The position numbers and the translations under genes were made by a program. This document shows positions 25,851 through 39,709 of a stretch of 64,000 nt of DNA, in pieces (position 1 is the first letter of the stretch; every line of letters begins with the position of its first letter). The DNA is from Camelus ferus (taxonomy: Eukaryota). The notes below the pieces were generated by a model. It did no database searches. It was not told where the DNA came from and saw only the letters and a list, made by a program, of their open reading frames with translations. The stretch lies in the NCBI RefSeq assembly GCF_009834535.1, contig NC_045697.1:47618001-47682000 (forward strand). Reading direction: 5' to 3'.

Positions 25851-27164
25851 TGGTAACAAATTCCATCTTTTGAAATTAATCAATGCAAACTATAAGGGAG
25901 TACTGTTTGAAGATAGAATTTATATTTAATGTTTTAAAAAATGGGAACCAGTACTTTCAATCTAACCCCTGATACACAGTTCATGGTTAAGGTTTTAAAG
26001 ATTTAAAGCGAAAGGTACACCATGATGTTTCCTCCATCCCTCCTCCCACCTCCTTATTATAATGGTGATAAACTGCTTAATTATCCTTCATACACAAGGG
26101 GGCTAAAGCCTGGAATGTGTAAATCAAAATGCCCCAACACTACAATGTCCTCTGAATGTAAGATATTATGCAGCTCTACCAAGAAGCTCATTTGTAATCT
26201 CAGAGCCAGGACAAGACTTGGCGATGAATGGGGAGACATGACAGGCGTGCAGCATGTACTACAGTGTGGGTAACACAATCTAGCCTTTCAATTAGATACA
26301 TGTTCCCTTTATTTGGCAGTTAGCATTTCTTGTCTAATTGTCTTTTGTCTGCCTTTAAAATATTGCCCAATTGTCACAATATGCCATGTTATTGATTTTG
26401 TTTTATTTGACACAAAATACTGCTCTGTATCAACTGAATGTTGGCTTCCAGCTTTTCCATAGATCAAAAATGAGCCATTTTTCAACTGGAGGCAAACTCC
26501 TTTCATGGATATCTGTCAACTGCCAAGGAACATCTACAGGAGCTTCGAGAAGAACAAAAAATTAGAAAATACCATGTATATCAAATTTATTTGCAATTGA
26601 TTTTCTCTTCTAAATCTGTATGAAGAGCTTCATGTTTTGAAAATCAGATTGGCTTTAAATGAAGAACAAGATCCCACTATTTTAAACCTCCCCAGAGAAA
26701 ATCCCTTGATAATTTGAATCATTAGCTTATAAGAAAATTAAACAATGTACATCTGGATAACCAGGTTCAAAGACATGTATAATGTCTTTAAAAAGCAGAT
26801 AATACCTATGCACTGAAAACATTAACAATCCTGATCATCTTACTGAATTTTCCAGATGTTTAGCTTGACATTTTTGGAACATCTGCAACTCAAGTTGGCA
26901 GCTTCTCGGTGTGTATCCTCAAGGCTCAGTTTCATTCTGTAACAATTAGCCTAAATGGCTGGTAATTAGACCTATATGTAGCTTCTAAGGGTAAAAGAAA
27001 TGTCTCAGGGGTGGTCTCCAAAAGGAGAAGGAATATAGAACAGCCTTTGCTTCTCGTTCCCCGTACTTCCGAGGCCCGCCTGACATGATCTCAGAAGAGA
27101 CTCCAAGTCACTGAACAGTGAAGTTAAATCTGTGAAGGGTCCACTCCGAGGCTGTCTTCCTTAC

Positions 27165-27298
27165 CTGGTTGCAAAACAGAGGCTGACACTGAGCTGCAAA
27201 GCACTGGGCAACCCCATTTCGACACGTACACTTGGCGCACCGACTCAACCGCCAGTCCTCCCCATCTTGAAACACATGGCCTTCGTAGGAACAGGGTT
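27165..27298 (-). CDS. FRAS1: FRAS1 coding exon (exon 6 equivalent), VWC repeat 3
   Basis: 134 nt, CAG acceptor and GTAAGG donor. (K)PCSYEGHVFQDGEDWRLSRCAKCTCRNGVAQCFAAQCQPLFCNQ. Phase 1/0. Confidence 0.96.
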
Positions 27299-29045
27299 CT
27301 GGAAGGTCAGAGAAGTAAGGATGACTGGGAGCATTGCACTCGCTTATCCCAGGGCTGACTGCATGGCTGCACGGCCAGTGCAGTCACGCAGGGCCCGGTG
27401 CTCAGGGGCGCAGTGCAAACAAGCGGGCCCCACACTAGGGCGGTAATGCTCTGCAGTCACCATGTGCGAGTCTTAACAACTTTCTCTCTGAGTTTCCTAA
27501 GTGAAGTCTGGGGCGACAAGGTAGCATGTGCTAGGGGTCTGGAGCCTCAGCTCAGGCATGGTCCCACCTCCCTCCTGCTGCACCCCTGCCTTCCTGGGTT
27601 CTCAGGAGCCTGATCCCAAATCTGCTCAGTGAACGCTGCCACACTCCACCCACAGTGGGTACATGGGTGTGGGTGCCTGGGGCGTGCACGTGCCCTACAC
27701 ACCAAGTAGCTGGGTGGGGCCCAGCATGCCCGTGGAGGCCTCATCCACCTGGCAAATATCCCCGTGCCTGATGGAGGGTGTCACTAATAGCAAATTAAAA
27801 ACATGACAGGTTGAGAAAGACCACAGAAGGAAAGAAAAGTTCCCCCTCCCCCTGCTTGGTGAACTGGGACCCTGTATTTTTATTAGGCACCCAGCAAATG
27901 ATGGCGTGAGCACTGGCTGATCCTTCAACCTCTCCAGGAAAAAATATTTCTAATAGATCTTTCTCATGGAGAGCCAACAAGAAGGCCTCCTAAAACATAA
28001 GAAAGGAGCCCACAAATTCAGAGAGCCCACTCTTCAGCCCATCTCTAAACTCTACTGTTGGAGTGTTTTTACTTGCAGGGTTATTTGGCCCCAAGCAGCT
28101 GCTGGTCCTTTTCTGGTGGGTGACATCTGAAATCCAAGAGGAATGCATTCTACTTTCATCATTTCCTAACACAATTTTGAATCCCTGGAATGGTTCTCCA
28201 GGGTAAATGGTTGCCAGGAATGAAATAACTGGGGATCAAAAAGAAATCAGAGGGCTTTTTAAAGGGACAAGGCAAGAATAGAATGTAGCTTCCAGGTGTT
28301 ATTTAAAATACTATCATTTTAGCGATTATATTCCAAGGCAGAATATAATGCAGCAATGACAATAATTTGTATTTATTGTGAAGTAGATACTACTTCATTA
28401 TAAAAATGGAAAGGGACATATATCCCTAAAATGTAATAAGGGGTACTCAGACCAAGCATGGATTCTGAGGAGAGGAAGACCTACAAGTGTGTCCCGGGCT
28501 TGCTGAGCCGTGCCTTGGTCTGCAGGGAGGCACAATCTCTACAGCAAAGATGCCATAAAGACAAATTAAATACCTGCTTCCTGCTCAGTGTGTTTTGGAG
28601 AAAGATGTTATGCCACCTGCGTGGACACAAAGACCAGTCAGGACACTCAGTGCTAGTGATACTGCCCGGAGAAGTGATTTGTTCGTTCTTCTCTCCACCA
28701 AGAGGCAGGCGGAGGTAGCTTGGCCTCATGGAATCATATCAAAGGATCTTGTTCTTCCTCCCTTTCTTTCTCAGGAGCTATGAACGCAGAGGGATGCATC
28801 TGGCCAAGGCAAAATAATAAATCAGAGGGTCGCAGAATCTCAAGTTTGGAATGGAGCTTAAAGATTTGTTCCAACCTCACTTTCTTTGACATCGCTTCCT
28901 GCCAAGTGCAAGACTACATCCAGGTTCCAGTAAAGAATGGGGTTAGGGATCTCTGAGCCACACTGAGCAAGAAAGAGAAGAGCTGGGATGTCCCCAGGTA
29001 AACCTCAGAGGAAAAGAATGTCTCTCTCTGTAAACTCATACTCAC

Positions 29046-29205
29046 TCCCAGGGCCCACACAGACTGGGCAGCAGCTTCCTTCGGGGATGACTTCCAGCTC
29101 CTGGTGTCCACACGTCAGCCGTGGGCATGGCTGAGGGGTGCACCGGACTTCCCCATGAGTGCAAGAGCACACACTACATGGGGGGGAGGCCCACTCTGTG
29201 CCATG
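29046..29205 (-). CDS. FRAS1: FRAS1 coding exon (exon 5 equivalent), VWC repeat 2
   Basis: 160 nt, CAG acceptor and GTGAGT donor. HGTEWASPPCSVCSCTHGEVRCTPQPCPRLTCGHQELEVIPEGSCCPVCVGPG. Phase 0/1. Confidence 0.97.
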
Positions 29206-31260
29206 CTGTGTGTTAGGAAAAAGAAAGAAAGATAAGGTTATTGTCAGAATACAAGCTTTCATTTGACTGAACAGAAGTAAGCCTTCTTTCAAACAAATGA
29301 AGGATGGAACTCAGGAAGGATGGAAGAAGGCTCTAGGCTAGCAAGGTTGAGAACAGGGTTTGCAATATTCCAAGTCAGACAGAGACTAATTTAAAAATAA
29401 ACTTTCATTTTCCTTTCTTCATTCCTAAGATTTTATACTTGAAACTTTCAGAAAAGCACAAATAGAAAATAAAAATTACCCCAATCTCATCATTTAGAAA
29501 ATTCTATGAAGACCAAAGTAAAATACATACACGTACACATGTATCTACTGAATTCTTTATAATAGTTATATTATTTTCTATAGCTCTCACTCTGATCCTG
29601 TTTCTTTTTTTGCCTTTACTTTTTACCCTGATGCATTTCCATATTTGGGTTCTCAATCTCTCCCTGCCCCCATCTTTCTCTCTCTCCTGTTCCAAGGCTC
29701 TGAGGGCCCCAGGGAAAGTGTGATTGGCAGCAGGAGGCATCTGGCGAATCCAGTTCTCCCATAAATCCTTGTGAGGGTGCCCATCTACACATGCAGAACG
29801 CTCCTAGTCAACTTCAGGCTGGGGTACAGCATTCCCAAAGGCAGCACTGCATCAGGGATCTAACAGAACCATGTTTTGAGTTAGGTGATTTACCAAGTAC
29901 CAAAAGTAAATGAACCACTCTCAAGATGTGATGCAGAGTGATGGGGGCTGAACTCTGAATGCGAAAAACTACAAATATGTTGACTGCTTGGGGAAGTAGC
30001 TCTTAAATATGTTCTCAATGGCAGAATGGAAAGATGTATGAAATCCTTTTAAAAGATGTATGAAAATAATTAGCTTAATGAAAAAAGTTTTCATCCTATA
30101 ACATTTTCTTAAATATTGGAACCTGCCTTCCTTTGCCTCACTTAAATGTAGCATATGATATCTGATTCAGCACAAATCATATATAGACTTCCATTAAAAA
30201 CATCACACATTGCAGGTGCTCAATCACCCAAATATAATCTGAGGATTTCAACTGTGTCGTAACATAGAAAATAAACATTCTCTAGCCTCTCTTCAAGCCA
30301 GCATCCAGAATAATTATTCCCTTTCAAACACAAAAGAACCCCGTCTTACCTAAACAAGACAGTACTTCTTTATTCTGCAAATCCCTGCAGGTTGCAAGCA
30401 CGCCAGGTCTGACATTTTGGAATACTAAGAACTTACGCTATTATTGTAACAACTATAGTCATAGTCATTGTCTTCCAATTATTTGGGAACCAAGTCCTCA
30501 TCTTGCTATCACGATTACTTTCCTTAGGTGGACTCACTGGGACTACCAGAGGGCAGAAATACAAGGAATGCACTGAGTTGGATGAACCAAGTACTTCCTT
30601 GGATGCATACATGTTCTCAGATTCCAGCTCAGCCCTCTCTGCTGTGGGGACTATGAATGAGTGCCTTAATCTTTCTAAGTTTCAGCTTCCTGGTCTAAAA
30701 AACTGAAATGGTATGACAATATTCCCTTCACTTGAATATTATAAAGGTTAAACAAGGGAGTTGTTAAAGAGCCAGCAAGAAGGGTGGCAGGTAAGAGGTG
30801 CTCACTCCTCTCCCTTCTCTCCACTGCAGGAATCTCCGGCCTTCCTATTCGTTTTCACACCTCTGTGTGACTGTGATTGTGGTAATGGATGTAGATGCCA
30901 AGGCCGAGTCCCCTCCCATCAACTTGTACTTCTTCTATAATTAAATATAAAATTTCAAATTTAGTACATCATATAATGGGCAAGTTCACAACTTGCTAAT
31001 AAACTATTGACTGATAAAATATAGCAGGCAATTGACCTTTGCACTTTGAAAGGACCAAGCATAAAAGCAAAGGAAGAAATTACAAGAGAAAAATTGATAG
31101 GTTCCAATGAGTTAAAAATTTTAAAGTCTGTCAAATATACACTATAAAAAATTTAAAAGGCAAATAACAAACTGATTTTTAAAAACTGCAAGTTATATTA
31201 ATTAGAATTACACTCTACTACATCAAAGCCTTTACAAGCAATAGGAAGAAACAAAAATCC

Positions 31261-34200
31261 AAGACAGGAGGCAAGATCAAGATGGTAGAGTAGGAAGATT
31301 CTAAGCTCACCTCCTCCCATGGACACAGCAAATTTATAACTACATGTAAAGCAACTGTCTCTTAAGAACAACCTGCAGATTAGTGGAACAGCTCTTCTAC
31401 AATTAGGATATAAAGAAAAAAACCCATCGAGATGGGTAGGAGGAGACCCCTCTCCGCAGCAGGCAACTCAAAAGCAGAATGGGATAACAAACTTGGAGGT
31501 CCTCCCTGAGGAGTGAGGGGTTCAAGCCCCATATTGGGCACCACAGCCCTGGAGACCTACACTAGGAAGAGAGGCTCTCGTAACTGGCTTTGAAAACCGG
31601 TGGGGCTCACAGCTGTGGAAGCCGGAGAGCTACAGGAAACCGAGACTCCACTCCTGAAGGGCTTGTGCACAAACTCACTCTCTCTGAGTCCCAGCACAGA
31701 GGCAGCAGTATGAAAAACACCTGGCACTCTAGCCAGTTTGACAAGGTCTTCCCAGCATGCCCTCCAGCCTGCACCAACTCCAACTCTAGCCATCCCATCA
31801 AGGCAGCAACCCCAACTCAGCCCAGGAGAGCCTTGGCTGGTGCCCACTTCAGCTCCAGGCATCTTGCCAGGGAGGCTCTAACCCAGCCTGAAGCACGCTA
31901 AAGCCCACCCCAGCCCACACCTGCTCCAGCCCCAACTGGCCTTCCAAGGCCACCTGGCATACACAATCTACAAACGGGACACTCCTACACAAGGCCTCAC
32001 CTTCAAGACTGGGAGAGGTAATGGTCTCCCCAGATTCACAGAAACACAGAAAATCAAACAAAATGAGGATGCAGAGGAATCTGTTCCAAAAGAAAAAATA
32101 AGATAAAACCCCAGAAAAAAAAATGTAATGAAACAAAGGTAAGTAATTTACATAGTAAGGAGTTCAAAGCAATGATCATAAAGATGCTTACAGGAATTGG
32201 GAGAATGACAGACCACAGTGAAAAGTTCAACAAAGAGTTAGATATTGAGCATTTTTTTCATTTGCTTACTGATCATTTGTATTTCTTCCTTGGAGAATTG
32301 CTTGTTTAGGTCTTCTGCCCATCTTTGGATTGGGTTGTTTGTTTCTTTCTTATTAAGTCATAAGAGCTGCTTTTATATTCTGGAAATCAAGCTTTTGTCA
32401 GTTTCATCGTTTGCAAAAATTTTCTCCCATTCCGTAGGTTGTTGTTTTGTTTTACTTATGGTTTCCTTTGCTGTGCAGAAGCTTGTAAGTTTCATTAGGT
32501 CCCATTTGTTTATTCTTGCTTTTATTTCTATTGCTTGGGTAGGCTGCTCTAGAAGAACATTTTTGAGATGTCTGTCAGATAATGTTTTGCCTATATTTTC
32601 TTCTGGGAGGTTTATTGTATCTTGTCTTATGTTTAAGTCTTTGATCCATTTTGAGTTGATTTTTGTATGTGGTGTAAGGGAGTGTTCTAGCTTCACTGTT
32701 TTACATGCTGCCGTCCAGTTTTCCCAACACCATTTGCTGAAGAAACTGTCTTTATTTCATTGTATATTCTTGCCTCCTTTGTCGAAGATTAGTTGACCAA
32801 AAGTTTGTGGGTTCATTTCTGGGCTCTATATTCTGTTCTGTTGGTCCATATGTCTGTTTTTGTACCAATACCATGCTGTCTTGACGACTGTAGCTGTATA
32901 GTATTGTCTGAAGTCTGGGGGAGTTATTCCTCCAGCCTCTTTCTTTCTCTTCAGTAATGCTTTGGGAATTCTAGGTCTTTGATGGTTCCATATAAATTTT
33001 ATTATGATTTGTTCTAGTTCTGTGAAATATGTCTTGGGTAATTTGATTGCATTAAATCTGTAGATTGCCTTGGGCAGTGTGACCATTTTAACAATATTGA
33101 TTATTCCAATCCAAGAGCATGGGATATATTTCCATTTTTTAAAGTCTTCTTCAATTTCCTTCATCAATGGTTTATAGTTTTCTACATATAATTCTTTCAC
33201 CTCCTTGGTTAGATTTATTCCTAGGTATTTTATTACTTTGGGTGCTATTTTAAAGGGGATTGTTTCTTTACTTTCTCTTTCTGTTGATTCATCATTAGTG
33301 TAAAGAAACGCAACTGATTTTTGAACGTTAATCTTGTAACCTGCTACCTTGCTGAATTCTTCAATCAGCCCTAGTAGTTTTTGTGTGGACCTTTTAGGGT
33401 TTTCTATATATAGTAACATGTTGTTGGCATATAGTGACACTTTAACCTCTTCTTTTCCAATTTGGATCCCTTTTATTTCTCTCTCTTGTCTGATTGCTGT
33501 GGCTAGGACTTCCAAGACTATGTTGAATAGGAGTGGTGATAGTAGGCATCCTTGTCTTGTCCCAGATTTTAGTGGGAAGCTTATGAGTTTTTCACCATTG
33601 AGTACTATGCTGGCTGTAGGTTTGTCATATATAGCTTTTATTATGTTGAGATATGTTCCCTCTACACTTGCTTTGGTGACAGTTTTTATCATAAATGGGT
33701 GTTGAATTTTATCAAAAGCTTTTTCTGCATCTATTGAGATGATCATGTGGTTTTTGTCCTTTCTCTTGTTGATGTGATGTATTACATTGATTGATTTGCA
33801 TATGTTGAACCACCCTTATGTCCCTGGGATGAACCCCACTTGGTCATGATGTATAATCTTTTTTATGTGTTGTTGGATTCTATTTGCTAGTATTTTGGTG
33901 AGGATTTTGGCGTCTGTGTTCATCAGTGATATTGGCCTATTATTCTCTTTTTTGATAGTGTCTGTGCCTGGTTTTGGTATCAGGGTGATGGTGGCTTCAT
34001 AGAAGGAGTTTGGGAGTATTCCCTCCTTTTTGATCTTCTGAGAGTCTGAGAAGGACTGGTATGAGTTCTTCTTTGTATGTTTGGTAGAATTTCCCAGTGA
34101 AGCCGTCCAGTCCTGGACTTTTACTTGTAGGGAGGTTTTTTATTGCTATTTCGATTTCATTTCTAGTGATCGGTTTGTTCAAGTGGTCAGTTTCTTCTTG

Positions 34201-36070
34201 ATTCAGTCTTGGTGGACAGTATGTTTCCAGAAACTTGTCCATTTCCTCTAGGTTATCCAGTTTGGTTCCATATAGTTTTTCCTAATATTCTCGTATGATA
34301 TTCTGTATTTCTATTTAATCTGTTATAATTTCTCCATTATCCTTTCTTATTTTGCTAATTGTGCTCCCTCTTTTTTCTTCTTTGTGAGTTTGGCTAGAGG
34401 TTTTATCGATTTTATTTACTTTTTCAAAAAACCAGCTTTTCGTTTGATTGAATTTTTCTATGGTCTTTTTAATCTGTATTTTATTTATTTCCTCCCCAAT
34501 TGTTATAATTTCCTTCCTTCTGCTGCCTTTTGGGTTTTTTTGTTCTTCTTTTTCTAGTTCATTCAGCTGGTGGGTTAAATTGTTTATTTGAGATTGTTCT
34601 CTTTTTTTTGAGGAAGGCCTGTATCCTCTTTCTTTTTCTTCAGTAATGCTTTGGCAATTCTAGGTCTTTTGTAGTTCCATATAAATTTTATTAAGATTTG
34701 TTCTAGTTCTGTGAAATATGTCTTGGGTAATTTGCTAGGGATTGCATTAAATCTGTAGATTGCCTTGGGCGGTATGACCATTTTAACAATATTGATTCTT
34801 CTAATCCGGAAGCGTGGGATATCTTTCCATTTTTTTAAGTCTTCTTTAATTTCCTTCATCAGTGTTTTATAGTTCTCCATGTTTAAGTCTTTCACCTCCT
34901 TGGTTAGATTTATTCCTAGGTATTTTATTACTTTGGGTGCTATTTTAAAGGGGATTGTTTCTTTACTTTCTTTTCCTGTTGATTCATCATTAGTGTAAAG
35001 AAATGCAACTGATTTTTGTACATTAATCTTGTAACCTGCTACCTTGCCGAATTCTAAAATATAAAAAAGAAACAATGAGAACTGAAGGATACAACAACTA
35101 AAATGAAAAACAACAACAACAACAACACCAGAAGGAGTCAACAGCAGATAACACAAAAGAATACATAAGCAACATGGAAGACAGACTAGTGGAAATCACC
35201 TAATCATTACAGCAAAAAGAAAAAAAGAATTAAAAAAAAAAATGAGGATAGCTTAAGGGACCTCTGAGACAACATCAAGCATACTAACATTCACACTACA
35301 GGGGTTGCAGAAGGAGAAGAGAGAAAGGTATAGAAAAGTTATTTGAAGAAATAATGGTTGAAAACTTCCCTAAGCTGGGGAAGGAAATAGTCCCAAACAA
35401 GATGAACTCAAAGAGATTAACACCAAAACATGTCATTAATGTAACAAAAGATAAAGAGAGAATTTTAAAAGCAAGAAGAGAGAAACAATGCCTCACATAC
35501 AAGGGAAGCCAGACAAAGACACTACAAAAAAACAAAATTACAAGATAATATCTGGGATAAAATAGATGTAAAAATCCTAAAAAAAAAAAAAAAAGAAATA
35601 GCAAACAGAATTCAATACATTGAAAGGATCATATGTCAGAATCAGGTGGGATTTATTCTAGGGATGCAAGATGGTTCAATATCCACAAATCAATCAATGT
35701 GATACACCATGTTAACAGAGCAAAGGATAAAAATCACATGATCATCTCAAAAGATGCAGAAAAAGCATCTGACAAAATCCTATATTCATTTATGACAACA
35801 ACTGTCAACAAAGTGGGTACAGAGGAACATACTTCAACATAACAGCCGTATACAACAAACCCACAGCTAACATCACACTCAGTGGTAAGAAGCTGAAATT
35901 CTTCTCTAAAGTCAGGAACAAGATAAGAATGCCCACTGTCATCACTTTTATTCAGCACAATTTTGGAAGTCCTTGCCACAGTGATCAGGTAAGAAAAAGA
36001 AATAAAAGGGATCCAAATTGGAAGGGAAAAATTTAAAAATCACTATTTGCAGATGACAATACTAAACGGA
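31261..36070 (+). mobile_element. L1 (5'UTR, ORF1, partial ORF2) interrupted by an antisense L1 insert and internally deleted
   Basis: 5' start gatcaagatgg near 31275. ORF1 begins ~32063, breaks at 32241, resumes at 35056, then jumps to the ORF2 RT region near 35506 ([28 protein letters not shown]). Confidence 0.85.
32242..35055 (-). mobile_element. L1 ORF2 fragment (reverse transcriptase region), antisense insert, nonfunctional
   Basis: ORFs 32826-33746, 32373-32696, 33997-34242 and 34584-35156 are L1 ORF2p ([35 protein letters not shown]). The catalytic [YF]ADD motif reads YANN. Confidence 0.95.
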
Positions 36071-37500
36071 AAAAAATCCCAATGGAAAATGTAGCAATAA
36101 GTTTATAGAATATTCAGCTTTACTAACTGCAAAAAATATTAATTAAAATAAAATTAGATAATATCTTTTAATATCAGATATGGGAACTGTTTAAAATTCA
36201 TAGTAGTTATTTTTAGGGGAGCTGCAGTGGAGTGGGATTCTCCTACACAAAGCTTTCTCTCACTTTAGCACCTGGAATAACTCAGCCAGCTGGGGCCTAC
36301 CCAAGGTAATCAGACTTGAAAAGAAGCTGTACTAACTGTAATATTCCCCCTGGGTTTATCATTAGACACAGACAACTTAAAATTGAATTTTAATGACCAT
36401 AGATGTCACAGCTTCAATACACAAAATCTTTAGATGCTTTGATCTGCTAATTTCACTTTTAAGAAGTTATCTGAAGAAAAATGATCAATGATACACAAGA
36501 AAGTTTAAATACAAAGAATTCCATCTCATTGTTCTTTATAGCGAAATTGGAAATCTTTCAGTGAATATTGGAAACAACCCAAATATCTAATAATAGGAAA
36601 TCATGTTCTCCAAGAGTATGTGGGGGAACTACTTACAACATAATGTCATGTAAAAAAGCAAGACATAAACTGGATACACAGTATACAATATGTAAAAACA
36701 TAAATCTCTATCTACCTATCCATCCATCCATCTTCATTGCCACCACCCTTCAAGAAAACCAAGGGAACAATAGTGGTTTTCATAGTTTAGAGATTACTAG
36801 TGGATTTTTCTCTGCTTGCATACTTTTCTATTTTCACAAATTTTCTCCAATAAACAAATATTCACTTTTGTCATCAGAGAGCAAAGTACTGTTTAAAATA
36901 TCTAATGAATCATTTATATATCTTAAATAAAGTAGAATTAGAAGGTTGCTTATAAAACAACTAGAAGTGAACATCTTTATTAAAAGTTAGGAGATTGCTT
37001 CTAAACATCTAGACATTTTATTGAAACAAGAGCTTGTTTTTGTTACTACTAAGAAACACTGTCATTTCTTAAACATCTGCAATCATACCGCCTCTCAGAC
37101 TGAAACCACAGAACTTAATTATAATAATAACCTGTCAACCACCAAAGTTTTCTCATCTGTAAAATGAGAGGGCTCTATTAGCTGATCTCTTCGGTACCTT
37201 CAAGTTCTTGAATGATGTGAATCTATTATCTAACTCAAGGGACATAAAATTAAGGAAGGGAGTCTCTCTTCACAATAAGCTTGAGGATTATAGGAATAAC
37301 AATGAACATTTGCCAGGGAGACCCCATTGCTTGATGTCAAAGCCACAGATGCCCCAGACAGTGATCCAAAGTGCACAGAATGATGGAGGGGAATGACTCT
37401 CACTTCTCCCTTTGACATGAGTCACATGAGTTCCCTCCATTTTCATCTCCCACTCTTATCACTAAAACAGTGATACCTCTCTCACGGGCTTTTGTACATG

Positions 37501-37542
<42 letters not shown>
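37501..37542. repeat. (GATA)n microsatellite
   Basis: Perfect tetranucleotide run. Confidence 0.95.
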
Positions 37543-39709
37543 CTCAATTTTAAATTTCACAGTGTTCCCTATACCCATTTACAAAAGTCTTACTTTTCAT
37601 TAGCACTGTAACAGCAAAGAAAGCTCTGTAAAATCAAGAAATAATGGATACATAAAGCAATGCTCCTACAAGACCCGGTTTTAGCTGTGCCATCTTAATC
37701 TCAATACCTTTTGAAAACATGAGATTTTGACACTGGGCAAAAGCACATTCTGCAGACAACATCTTAAATATATTCTTCTGCATAGCCAAATAACAAGTCA
37801 GCTTGGCTATTGACATAAGTCCAAAGGAAAGATAAGGTCATAAAGTATTTGCCTGGTTTACTGACAGAAGAAAAAAAATAATTTTTCTTTATATAATTTG
37901 TTGCCATTACAAAGTTATAGATCCAGAATACTAAATATCTAGGGATGCTCTGTGCATATTGTAATTACATCCTCTACTTTGAAGAGAACAAAGCTGCAGA
38001 ATTCAATATTCATTTCTTCTCTCACACACATAAATTAGTTCTCCTTTTAGCCTCACAGACAGGCAAAACAGGCAGACCTCTCTCTCCACGCTCCGGATTC
38101 AATCGGATGTGGGCACTGGGGCATCACCACCTGCCACTTTCTTTTTCAGTGACTCTTCAAGCACTATCTTCTCAGACACAATATTATCTGGTGCTGAGGT
38201 TAAATTAGTACAGAGGAAAAGAAAGGGGGTTAAAGGTCCTTTCTCCTCCCTTTCACAAGCTAATTTGTGGGGAAAAGAACAGGGAAAAAGAAATCCCCCA
38301 CTCTTTAGGAAAACATATTTCAGGCTTTTCTCCTTAACTGGTTGGCAAGGCTGGGCAGAGATCCAAAAGCTCATTTGCAAGGATAGCTTTGGGAGGTCAT
38401 GGATGAAATGGTCCCCCAAATGCTGGCTGTAATAAGCCCATGCGAAAATCTCAAATAACCTGGAGTCAGCCAAAAGGCTCAAGAGTTTTCCTCCCTCCAA
38501 GAAAGATGTGGGGACTTGTCTTGACTTGCTGGAATGCCAGTTGTATAAGGTGCTGCCCACAATGCCCGCAAAGGAGGTCCCCTTGCCAGGCATGGCTGTT
38601 TCACTAAAGGTGGCCTCCTCACATGGCCCGGAGCTCAGACCATCCTTTACTTTCCTTCCTTTCAGCTCCATTCTCTGGAGATGGCATCACTCCAACACCA
38701 CACTCACTCTATCCTAAAGCCTCTTCTGAATCTCTCTCTTAGGGGGAAGCTTCACTTCGCCATTCCAAAGTTCTTAAAACACCAGGCTATTTTATAGCTA
38801 CTGGAAGAAAGTCTCATAATCCACCCCACGCGAGGCAAGCCAGAGGCTAAAGAGAGAGAATTACCACTGTTTTTAGTGGGACAGGAAAGTGCTCTGGAAA
38901 CTGCTTCCCAAGCAAGCAGACAGGGCAAGACAGAAAAGGCTCCAAGAGTCAGGAAGAAATATAGTGATGCAAGTGACAAGGTGAGTCTCAGTCCCAACCC
39001 AGACAAGCATTTCACCCACTCAAGAAAATGAATAATAATAACAAGATTTTGGCAACAATCTAGAAAGGTGAAGAAAGAAAGAGAGAAAGGAAGGACAGGA
39101 AGACAAGAAACACGATCACTTTAACTTTATTAAGACTAAAATTGGAGACTTTTGTTTCAATTTGAAAAAAACCATTCTTCTATTCCTATTTGAAGTAGAC
39201 CACCAGAAACTATTTCTCCTTCAAGCCACAGTTCCTGAAATTCAGACTTCTTCTCAGTTACATCAAGTACCAGAAACTTAATTATAACACTTTCTGGGGG
39301 AGTATATTTTGAGAGTTGCATGTGGGAAAACAACGCATGGACCTATCTTAGCTGGTTTAGAGCTTTCTGCGTGATGCGGTACAGCAGAAGGGGGGAAGTG
39401 CAAGGGAGGCAGGGAGGAGGACTTTTTAAACTCTTCCAGAAAAAGTAGGAGGCCAAGTGGATTTCTAGCTAACGCATAGGCAGATCTGTGGTCCCTGAAC
39501 CGATCCACCGCACAAATGAACAATATACCCTTGGGACAAGGACATGGATAAGCTGGAGGAGGGATTTACTCTTGTTTGAGTCCTCCAGTCATTGATCTTT
39601 ATTGAGCACCTATTGGGACAAGTTCACTGCCAAGTGCCAGGTGTCTCACCTGGGAGGCAAGGAAGATCACTATAAAGATAGAAAAAAATTGTCCATGCTA
39701 TCAGGCCTC

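Noticed and set aside
32826..33746. 306-aa ORF as a functional reverse transcriptase gene
   Set aside because: It is an L1 ORF2 fragment with YANN in place of the catalytic motif, and the neighbouring ORF2 is broken by frameshifts and stops.
38099..38671. 190-aa minus-strand intronic ORF
   Set aside because: No recognisable motif, and the FRAS1 peptide is already continuous from exon 4 to exon 5.
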